A DNA stretch of 64,000 nucleotides from Octopus sinensis (taxonomy: Eukaryota): assembly GCF_006345805.1 (NCBI RefSeq), contig NC_043014.1:26970001-27034000 (forward strand), in the 5' to 3' direction. Both the position numbers and the translations under genes were made by a program. This document shows, one piece after another, positions 52,741 to 64,000 of this stretch. The notes beneath the pieces were generated by a model. The model saw only the letters and a list, made by a program, of their open reading frames with translations, was not told the origin of the DNA and did no database searches. How positions within the stretch are numbered: the stretch's first letter is position 1; every line of letters starts with the position of its first letter.

Positions 52741-55700
52741 ATATATATTTCCCTCTTTTGCCAAATCACCATTCTGATCTCACCAGATGTAAAGAAAAGC
52801 TAGTCTTGCGTACAACACCCTATTATTACATAACATAAACAACCTCATATATTGATTTATTATTAGCATCCTTTAAGATCAAATATTAAGGAAAATAAAT
52901 CTAGCAAAACTAGAGCAAGCCATGAATTTTCACTACAAACTTTTTAGCCAGAAAAGAATGCGAAGAACCAAATATACATCTCACTTCCCTTAAACAGAAT
53001 TACAGTTGAGAATAATGCTTAAACGGAGAGGAATTTTGCGTAAACATTTGAACTTTCCCACGGGAGCCCTCAGGTTTCTCCCGGGAATCCTAAAATCCCC
53101 ATCCCCCGTAGAAAATGTTACTAGCTTAAAAATTGCGGAAGTATACTATAGCCACACCATACTACTCTTTTATGTATGTGTGTGTATATGTGTGTTGGTT
53201 TGGTCTGGAGGATGGCTTGTTCCCATGTACTTAGCAGACTCTCCGAAACCGGTAAGATGATGGGTTGACGATCATATGTCTTATAACAGTAAAGAAGGCA
53301 TACTGGATAATGTGATCCTAAAATGCACTGTCTGAGAAATAAATAATAATATTGGTCACGGCTGGATTTCTTGTTGATCATAGGTGTCTGCCTAAGTTAT
53401 GATCAAAAATGTATCTGCTAGAAAGATAGTAAATATTGTCGTTAAAACACATTGAATAATGAAGTGTAGCCTGAATTGACACCTCAAATATTATTTAGTA
53501 TTGACGCTGTTAATGGTAGTGTTGTGATGGGTGTGCATATCCAAGGGTGCTGAACTTACGGTTCTATCGTTTATCTCTGATAGCCAGTGTCGGATTTACA
53601 CTTAGTGAGGCCTTGTTAAAAATATTGTACCAACTTTTACACAATTTGAAAACATGCTTTTTAGGTTAGTTTATGACTTAGGTCCTCATAGATTATACGT
53701 CCCCAAGCTGAAGCTTATTTAGCATATGCTTAAACCCGGTATTAGTGATACCATTAGGTTTATTTGAACAGAACTGATTGAATACTAACAAATAAAATTG
53801 TCCTTTCAACACGCGTAAGACTTCAATGGTTCATTGGGTCATTCCTGCAAGGTTCTTTCTTCGATGTAGTGCAATGGACTTGCAAAGTAAGCTGACCTGA
53901 CGACTTACCCTCATTCCATTAAACAGATTAAACGTTATTGATGTTGCTGTTACTGCTGTATGGGCTCAAGTCAACCCTGATCAAATTGGTAGGACTGCTG
54001 GATCATCGGGAAAATGGTTTTGCGATATTAAATTAGGTTTGAGTTCAAATATCTCCAAGTCTACAACTTGGATTTCCTTCCTTCTGGGGTCCATAAAATA
54101 TAATACCAGTCAAGAATAGGATATAGTATAAGTATTCTCATAAAACTACCCGAGATGTGAATGACATTATAATAGAAATCTAAATAGACCGCTGATAAGT
54201 AGGTGATTCATTTATTTTGAAGACGGCAGAGCAAAAATCAAGGCATTTGGTTGATAATTATATCAGGTCTACTGAATACGCAGAGACTCTTTCGTTGTAT
54301 TTTAGGGATTGCTTAAGTCAATGGTTCTAAAATAACCTTTTACGTAAGGGATCACTGGAGATCGAGTTAAAAATTACTGTCCACTTCGAATGGCAATTTA
54401 AGAGTGACTTGCATTCTTCGCCTGGTAAGCTTTAAAATATAACCGTTTTAAAATTAAATAAATTAGAAAAAAAATAAAGAAAACTATTCTTCATCTTGTT
54501 TTATCAATTATACTTATGTATAACGAACTTTTCATGGCACACAGCTATTAGAGTTTATTTACTAAAGATTCTATATTTTTAAAAACCCGCAAGCACACCT
54601 AGATATCTCTTGCGACGCGCCATTTAAGAACCGTTGCTCTAAGGTGTAATTAAGAGTGAAAACAGGTGAAAGAGGCTGTTGGATTTTATTGCTATCTTTT
54701 TTTAAAATGTTTTTGTATTCATCTCCTTTTGTAAAAGTGGGAAGTTATCAAAGACATTAGGGCATTGGATAGAATACCCTTCGACATTTGTTCTGGCTGT
54801 TGGCACTCTGAAATCAAATCCTGCCGAGGTCAGTCTTTTACCTTTCATCCTTCCAGAGTCGATAAAAGGAAATAACCAGTCCAATTCGGCAGATTAATTG
54901 AATTATTAGTGTTTGATGAGATACTTTATGGTATCTGTTCCGGCTCTATGCGATCTAGGTTCAAATTCCATTTAGGCACTAATGGCTTGGGTTAATCACA
55001 ACCGCATAAGCATCTCGTTGATCCTGCTGTTGGTGAGTGACACGGTAGACCTACAACCAGTATAGATAGCTAAACCAACAATGGTATGCTGAGGCTTTCA
55101 TCCAGTAGTAATGGATCGTCAGTTGAATGAATAGATTGGATTGTAAAGGAGCAATAGGGTGGCAGAATGAGTGGAGCATCGGCTAAATAATCCTGTTGTA
55201 GGTAGTTGAGTTCAAATCCTGTTTAGATTAACTTTGTGTTTCACCCCTCGGGCTCGATAAAATAAATACCAATTAAAACACCGATTAATCGATTTAATCG
55301 ATTGTTTCTTCCTTCAATAATTTTATAGTTTTCTGCTGACTATAGATCTCAATAACAGTCATTATATAACCATCTCAAGGACGTTGAGATTGGTTCAGCG
55401 TTGGCAAAAAATACCTTGTAGTATCTAGTTGCGCTTTGAATTCAGATTCCACAGAGGTCGATTGAGATGGCATTAAAGTAAAATACCAGTGAAGACTGAC
55501 CTCTCACCTCCACCACCCTCCAAAACAATATGTAACCGTTTATCTATGTTAGAAATCACTATATACCACCATCATCTCCACTGTCACTGCTACCAGCCCC
55601 GCCACCACCATCATGTTGCCACTACTACTACTACTACTACCACTATTACCTCTATCAATATTACAGTCACACCTTTGCACTACCATCATCAATACCACCA

Positions 55701-55839
55701 CACCACTACTACCCTTACCATCGCCCCTACCACCATCGCATTACCACACCTACAACATCCACTCTTCACTATCTGCCTGTTATAGGAAACTTTTCACACC
55801 CATACCATCGGTACCATCGCATGAATATTGGTTTCAAAT

Positions 55840-56045
55840 TTTTGGTCAAGGCCAGCAATTTCGGTGAAAGAGGCTAGTCGGTTACATCGACCCCATTTCT
55901 TCAAGTGATACTTATTTTATCGACCTCGAAAGGATGAAAGGTGAAGTCGACCTCGGTAGAATTTGAACTCAGAACGTTAAGTCGGAAGAAATGCCACTAA
56001 GCAATTTTTTTTATTCCGGCGCGGTAACAATTCTACCATCTCACC
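55840..56045 (-). mobile_element. SINE family 2 copy
   Basis: TCGACCTCGAAAGGATGAAAGG and AATTTGAACTCAGAACG blocks. Confidence 0.75.
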
Positions 56046-56489
56046 GCTTTCCATCTCATAAATATTACTATATCTACCTGAAACCATCGTCTCTGTGTCA
56101 TAATAAATAACTAATAACTGATGCCATCAATCCCTTATATCATGTCTTTACCAACTGTCATACTAACACACCCACGCCCACAAGCCAAGATACCATCACT
56201 ACTACATCCCACCATAACTACCATCCACTCTGCTTTCCCAGCTACCATCCACCATGCTATCATAGCCACCTGCCTCCTACCATCATACATGTTTTACTGA
56301 ATGTGAGATGGATTAAGAAAAAAAAAGTGGGGTAAAAATCGCTCATCTGAAAGAATGAAGATAAATGAGACTGAAACCAGATATAGATATCGTATAGTAT
56401 AGTACCGTATCGTGGAACTAATGTTAGACTTGGGTGGTAAAACACTTGGAAACTTCACGATACGGTACTATACTATACAATATCTATAT

Positions 56490-56795
56490 CTTGTTTCAGT
56501 CATTAGACTGCGGCCATGCTGGGGCACCGCACTGAAGAATTTTAGTCGAATGAATCGACCCTAGTACTTCGCTTTTGTATTTATTTTAAACCTGGTACAT
56601 GTTCTATTGGTTGATTTTGCCGAACCACTAAGTTACGGGGACGCAAATACACCAATAGCAGTTTCATGTAGTGGTGGGGAATAAACACAAACACACACAC
56701 ACACACATATAAACCAACATGTCACGCAGAGGGACTGAACCCGGAACCATGTGGCTGAGCAGCAAATTTCTTGCCACAAAACCACGCCTGCGCCT
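56490..56795 (-). mobile_element. SINE family 1 copy (internally deleted)
   Basis: Tail and head motifs on the minus strand. Confidence 0.75.
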
Positions 56796-57188
56796 ATACT
56801 ATACTATATTATACTATACCATAGTAAAACATTAGTATAGTATAGTAAAGCATTAGAATCCGACGAACTATTCTATATAATACTATATTATCTTTATACC
56901 ACACTACACGAAATACTGCTCTACAGTATACTATTATAGTAAAGCCGTAGCATCCCAGGAAACTATTCTATTCTACAGTACATTACACTACACTACACTA
57001 CACTGCACTACATTACACTGCGCTACACTATTCTACGCTACACTACTCTACGCTATAGTAAAATATCGAACTATACTGTAGTATACTAAACTATTACACT
57101 ATACTATAGTAAAACAGTAGAATCAAAAAAGACTACACCAAGCTACATTGTACTAGACTAGACTATAGATAGTTAAACCTGTGTTATA

Positions 57189-58441
57189 TCAGGTTAAGTA
57201 AAAAGTAAGCAACATTTTGAACCATGCAGAATTTGTACCAGACTTTTGCAGAGTTTTGAATTTTTTAAAAACATTTTTCTGCAAGACTTGCCGAAATGCA
57301 TCAATAAATTAACATTGATATTTTTTCATCGTTGTTACAATCATCTGGAATGGGACGGTCGAAGTGCGATATTCCAGCAATTTTGCTGTTCAACTTCAAA
57401 AAAAAAAAAAAAGACGTAAAGCAGCTGAAACTGCTTGCGATATCAACGAAACGTTTGGTGAGGAAATGATCAGTGAGTGGTCAGCTCAAAAATGGTTTAA
57501 GCGATTTCGCAATGGGAACCTGAGCCTTGAAGATCACGAGCTCATCTGGACGCCCGTCTGTCATCGATGACGGTTAATTAAAGACCGTCATTGAGAAAGA
57601 TCCACGTAAAAGCACTCGAGAACTGGCAAAAAAAACTTCAAATTAGCTAGTAAACTGCCTGCAACCATTTGCATGCGATTGGAAAATTTTTAAAAAGTCG
57701 ACACGATTTGAATCAAAATCAGAAAATGCGCAGATATGAAATTTGCTCGTCGCTTCTTCTCCGTAAGCAGACCTATATATTTTTCGACTGTATAGTAACT
57801 CGCGATGAAAAGTGGATACTGTACAATAATAAAAAAATGTTCTTCACAGTGCCTGGACCAAAATGAGGCACCGGAAACCTTCCCTAAACCCGAGCTCTTC
57901 AAAAAGAAGGTTATGATGACTGTTTGGTGGTGTACTGTTGGACTCATCCACTATAACTTCTTAAAACCCCGAAAAACCTTTACTGCAGAAACATATTGCC
58001 ATGAAATAACCAAAATCAGCGAAAAACTGTTGACCGTCCCAGACTGATCAACAGAAGATGGCCAATCATTCTTCATGACAATGCTCGACCACACGTTTCA
58101 CTAATGACGCTCCAGAAGTTGAGGAGACTTGGCTACGAAGTTCTTCCCCAACCAGCTTATTCCCCAGACCTTTTTCTTGCCGACTACCACTTTTCAAGCA
58201 CCTTGATGGTTTCCTGCGAGAGGAGTTCAAAAATCAAACATGCTGAAAGTGCTTTCAAAGAGTTCATCAGCTCCAGAATTCCAGATTTTTCTGTTATCGG
58301 AATAAACAAACTTGTAACTCATTGGCAAAAATGTGTTGATTGTAATGGAACTTACTTTGATGAATGAAATTTCCGCATTGTTGAAATATATTGTAGTGGA
58401 TTTCATGTTTCAAAAGGTCGCTTGCTTTTTACTCATCCTGA
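57189..58441 (+). mobile_element. Near full-length decayed mariner (DD34D) transposon
   Basis: TIRs TCAGGTTAAGTAAAAAGTAAGC / GCTTGCTTTTTACTCATCCTGA with TA flanks; motifs KWFKRFRNG, IVTRDEKWILY, KKVMMTVWW, HDNARPH and YSPDL; frameshifted. Confidence 0.95.
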
Positions 58442-59097
58442 TACTATACTTATAAACTACATTACACTTATACTATAGTAAAACAGCAAAACCCGTCAAA
58501 TCTAGGCTTCTCAACACTGCACTATATTATAGTAAAACAGTAGACTCTGAGGAACCAGTGGAATGAATTTAGTCATGATATCGAGTAAATCTAACGCTGC
58601 AGGCAAAAGAACCATTTGTCATGTTTTCATCTCTCACTAACGAAGAGTTCATCCTGAAACGTTAGATACATCTCTTCTTCCTCCTGACATAAAACATTGA
58701 TTCCATTGTTTGACGCTGTCTAAAATCAATACAGAGTAATTATGACTTTGATCGTAGTCCTGCTCAACCTTAGGGCTGACTTGGAGGTGGGGTCAAACTC
58801 ACAACACCATCACTAACGTAATTGCCCATAGTACCATTATTGCCATACCTTCAACTGCTACAGTATCACCACGTCAGTCATACCATTTCTAGTACCATAC
58901 CACATGTATCGCCTTAACCTTTTTATCGTTACAATGTAATTGCTATCTGCATAATATCATCTTACTGTCCATCATACCATCGTCATACATTATCTCCTTA
59001 CTACCACTGTTACAATACTACCTTCACCACCGTAAGATTGCTACCGTCATACCAGCACTGCTAGCATTAACATCACTTGCTGCTATCACATACCATG

Positions 59098-59136
<39 letters not shown>

Positions 59137-59201
59137 ATCTTTACCATCAATAACATTCAACAGAAATCTTTGATTTACCTCTGCAATTCTTGATTTCAAT
59201 T

Positions 59202-59235
<34 letters not shown>

Positions 59236-59359
59236 CTCTCTCTCTTCATCTAGTTATCTATTTCCATCTCACCCTTTCTTACCTATTTTCAATCTTTCAT
59301 CCTCTTTCTCATTCACTTTTCCTCTTTCCATGCATGTCTTTCTACCTACCTATCCATCC

Positions 59360-59410
<51 letters not shown>

Positions 59411-59641
59411 CATCTAACTGTATGTCTATCCGTCTGTACGTTTGTCTACCTACCTACCTACCTACCTACCTACCTACATGCATACATACATACCCACCTA
59501 TATACCTACCTACCTACCTACCTTACCAATTTACCAATTTATCTAATTTGCTAGCTGTATGTATGTGTACATATATGTATGAATGTATGTTATGTGTGTG
59601 TATGTGTGTGCGTGCGTGCGTGCGTGAGTGAGAGTGTGTGT

Positions 59642-59673
<32 letters not shown>

Positions 59674-60146
59674 TCTTTACATTGTCTATTCACTGTGACA
59701 GTTTTCTCCTTTCTTTGTCCTTGTTTCTCGCTTCTCTGAATGACCTTCCGTCTGTTTTACTCTGCAATCGTATGCATACACACACACACACACGGTAAAA
59801 TACTGGACATCTTACTAAGGAACGAATATTTGTGATAACGGATTTTGTTTGTGAGACAATTGACACCTTTCTCTTGCAATGCTCTTTTTTTCTTTTTGTT
59901 TTTCCTATTCCAGCATCAGAAATGTTTTCTTCTCCGAAACGCTTTAGCACTACAGGCCTATCTATTTACCTTCCTTCCTACCTACTTACCCACCTTCATC
60001 GCATCTTACATATATATGTGACTCAAAAGACCGGCTTCAGTGATGCGACATTGCTAATCATTTTCTTTCTTCTTCGTAAATATTTGAAACTAGGGGCGCT
60101 GTACTTATAGCTGTTTTACAAATTTTTCTAATGGCGGGAACGAGGA

Positions 60147-60208
<62 letters not shown>

Positions 60209-60821
60209 TAAAGACAGGTAAAAAGAGATACAAAGAGCCAGTGTTACTGAGAAAGGCCAACAGATTCCTGTTGTTAACGATTAAAGGTTATTGTTTTGTT
60301 TTTTTCTTTAAATCACCTGAAGGAAAAGATTGAATTTCTGAGTAAATAAGAAGGGTTTCACAGTGTCTATTTAGTTGGTGCTGAATAGATACTTCGTTAA
60401 ACACAAATTGCTGGAAGGTTGTTGCATTTGTTGATTAGCCCTATGTCAGCTCTGATGAAGCAGATTTATGATCAAAAGTATTCCAGCCGTGATCAATCCG
60501 CTCATTTTGTTTTGTTTTGTTTTGTTTTCCGGCATAATAAATATAGAAATATCCAATTCAAATTTTCCTGCCCGGCCTGTAATTGGGAAATAGAGACCCG
60601 CATTAAGTAAATTTACGTTAAATAAGTTCGGTATAAGTAGGGACTGTTACAATATCAGCCAACTGACGAAAGGAGGGACACAGATCATCGAAATAACCGA
60701 AGAACGTTGCTGCTGTTATTGTTGTTGTTTAATTCCAGATCAATTCTGATCGCGCATTACATCCATAACTAGCCGCACCTTTTTTTTATGGAGGGTAACA
60801 TCAAGAATTTTAATAAAGCAG

Positions 60822-61022
60822 TGAGCTGGCAGAATCGTTAGGATGCCAGGCAAAATGTTTAGCGGCATTTTGTCCGTCTTTACGTTCTGAGTTCAAATTC
60901 TGCCGAGGTCGACTTTGCCTTTCATCCTTTTAGGGTCGATAAAATAAGTACCAGTTGAGTATTAGAGTTGATGTAATCGATTTACCCCTCCCCCGAAATT
61001 GCTGGCCTTGAGCCAAAATTTG
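60822..61022 (+). mobile_element. SINE family 2 copy
   Basis: Head, B box and central box. Confidence 0.85.
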
Positions 61023-62824
61023 AAATCAATATCTAGGTTTCTATTATTTGTGTCCTTCCCTTTTTGAAGTCTGTAGAGTGTGATTTGAAAGGCAATTACC
61101 AGCTATTTTGGGCAAGTTAAGCGATCACATGGAGGTTCCTTGTTTGTCGATTGTAAGATTATTGTTAAAAGATAGTTTATCTGTCACACCGATCCTTAGC
61201 AACGCACCTCTTTTGTTGACCTGAACGTACGTTGTCATCGTTCACCATCATTGTTGCCGTCGTTATTTTGCGCCATGTCAATCCTGATTGAAGCCTTTCT
61301 AACTGTGACAACATGTTTTTCTTTTCTTTTCTTTTTTTTTAGGGCTACATCCATGAGTATTTTTCCTTTATTTAAAACGATAGAGTGCGTCGTATTCACA
61401 AAATTGTAATTGTTGTAGTGCTAGTAAAGATAGTTACGACACTTTATGTCCTGAATTCAAATCCAACTGAGGTCAACTTTACCATTCATCCTTATGGATT
61501 CAATAAGATACACTGCCCATCAAGTACTGCTATCGATTTAATTTATCTATAAAGCGTCCTATATTTGAACGAAACTATAATAGAAAATCAAGTCAGACAG
61601 ATTTGAATGCTATTTCTTGCAAGTCGAGCGCCGACATACACAAGTTAGCTGGTTATAATGTTTGGCGAGCAAGATGAGTGCACTATTACAAGTGTGTGAG
61701 TCGTACTTTAAAGAACAGGTCACTCTCGAACTTCTCAAAAGACAAGAATCTGTTCGGAGCTAATATTCACAAACTATTTTGTGTTCTGGCTTTTGTGTGA
61801 AGGAAACTTAGCATATATGATGTAATCGTGCAAATCTGGCAATTACATAACCAGATTTAATGTAGTCATTTAACCGCTGTTCAACGCTGATCGATTAAAC
61901 CGAAGTAATTCTAGTCGTAACAATCTCATCTTTATTTAGCCACAGTCTATCGAAGACTCTTTCATGAGATGTGCCTTTTTTTTAAAAGAAGGCAGGGTGT
62001 AACTTCAGGTAGTTTTAATTGCTATTCTTAGCGGTGCGAACACCAAGTAGAGGCTCTATCAATTCAGCATCAGTATGTGTGTGTGTGTATGTGTGTGTGC
62101 GCGTGTGTGTGTACACATACACACACATACACGAACGCAACTGCGTGCGCACACACATACACACGCACGCACGCATACACACACACGCACACACACATAT
62201 ATATACACACATATATGTGTATATATATTTGTATGTATATATATGTATATATATATATATATATACATACACACACATACATATATATGTATATTTTTGC
62301 ATGTATGTACATACATACATGCATGCATGCATACATACATACATACATACATACATACATACATACATACATACATAGAATAAGAGAAAGATAGTGCTTG
62401 TATGAGGAGGAGGAGGGGGAGGAGGGGGAGGAGAGAGAGAGCAGAGTTATTTATAGGTAGAAAAAGAGAGAAAGCAATCATATGTACGCACACACTCGCA
62501 CATACTTATGTATGTGTGCGTGTGTGTACATGTGATTCCAAGAGGCATAAACGGCGTATAGTGTTTCTACACAGATGTAAATGGCTGACAGCTTGCAGCT
62601 TGTTGATTGACCTTTCGCTTAGGAGGGAAACAGACTGATCAACTGTTCGATTCTGTGGCTGCCTCCTAAATGTAATAACCAGCTTCGAGGTCGTTTGTAT
62701 GACTTCGTATATTAGAGTACATTAGGGTTTTGCTGTGGTTTCTCTTGCGGACATTTTTGACAAGTTAATGGCAACGATGAGATTGGCGTCGTCGTCAGTG
62801 CAGCTGTTGCCCACTTGTGTGTGT

Positions 62825-62912
<88 letters not shown>

Positions 62913-63184
62913 TGTGTGTGTGTTTGTGTGTGTGTGAGTGTGTGTGTGTGCGTGTGTGTGTGCGTTGTAGACGCATATCGATATATGTGTATATATGTTT
63001 AAATGCGTATATGTAGGTATGGTGGGCATATATTTGGATACCTGTATATGTGTTTCTGTAGAGTTCTGAGTTCTGCGGAACTGCGTTGAAAGTCACTATC
63101 AATACTTATAATACATATAAACACACGCACATATCCATACAACCATCCATCTATTCATACATACATGCACACAGGTATACACAG

Positions 63185-63237
<53 letters not shown>

Positions 63238-63362
63238 TGCAGTACACCTGAAATAAGCTATGAAAGTGACCAACAGTTTATCAATAAACAATTTTGAATC
63301 TGGCAATGATGATTTTTATCAGATACGACATTATGCCCATGATCGTTGTTACATACTTTCAG

Positions 63363-63488
63363 TACGCAACAACGATCAAGAGAGTCAACACGCCACTACC
63401 ATCACTTCAATCAGAAAATGTGACCGTTTTGAAACAATACTCCAAATTAAATGTAATGAACTATGAAGAAAATACAAATTTTGAATAA
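63363..63488 (+). CDS. Possible terminal exon
   Basis: TACTTTCAG acceptor, 41 open codons (YATTIKRV...NTNFE), then a stop overlapping AATAAA; no recognisable domain. Confidence 0.2.
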   Translation, partial: YATTIKRVNTPLPSLQSENVTVLKQYSKLNVMNYEENTNFE

Positions 63489-64000
63489 ATAAAATAAAAA
63501 ACCAAAACCATTAAACTCGAACATGTTTGAAAGAAAAGTTGTTTCCAACATATATGAATGCGAAGCGTAGCAACTCACGCAGCTTTGCATAAATGCTATT
63601 CCATTCACTTAACGGTATTGAATAGTTTTCGCTTCATTGCAATTCACACCAATTTGGATGCACAGTCTCCTATATTGTGCATGCGTGCGTGCGCGTATGT
63701 TTGTCGTTCACCGCATTGTTGTACGTGAAAGTGTTTATACACGGGACTTTTGAATGTTGACATTTCAACCTCTGAGTTTCGGCAATTACAATTCTAAATC
63801 GGAATTTATTATATGTATTAATAGTTAAGAGTAGAAATCTCTTATCAAATATGCGGACTTCATAATATCAAACTTTGAGAGGAATGCGCAAGTGTTAAAG
63901 TATCACTACTCCATCTGCATTAATGAGGTAGTTTTGAATTTCGATAGGTTGTAGCTTGTGCGTGTTTTATAAAGTACTGTTGTTGCACATCCGTCTCTTG

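Noticed and set aside
59914-60110. Strong pyrimidine-tract acceptor and 92-aa ORF
   Set aside because: No canonical donor and no recognisable peptide.
60662-60700. CTGACGA...GAAA spacing
   Set aside because: No stem II or stem III pairing.

Overview
AT-rich, microsatellite-dense eukaryotic DNA made almost entirely of transposable-element debris. It is most likely octopus, inferred from recognising the SINE families and repeat load, not from any search. One convincing host exon is present: an SH3-like exon at 45501-45695 (+), so much of the window is probably intronic. Mobile elements: a decayed minus-strand Ty3/gypsy element (4641-11567) carrying a nested, scrambled gypsy element with a 5-bp TSD; a young non-autonomous LTR element (14868-19171) with one 637-aa ORF; an internally deleted gypsy (30208-33314); R4-like and RTE LINE remnants; mariner, Tigger and Tc1 remnants; a hAT MITE; and many SINEs. 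The most notable signal is a cluster of minimal type I hammerhead ribozyme motifs with palindromic stem III. These include a 356-nt non-coding-looking tandem unit (19206-20130) with a compensated U3:A8 core and a 538-nt unit (34865-36022), both inserted in (AT)n tracts as inverted-plus-tandem structures. They are candidate Penelope-dependent, circular-RNA retrozymes. All folds, alignments and counts were done by eye; ribozyme activity and novelty are untested.
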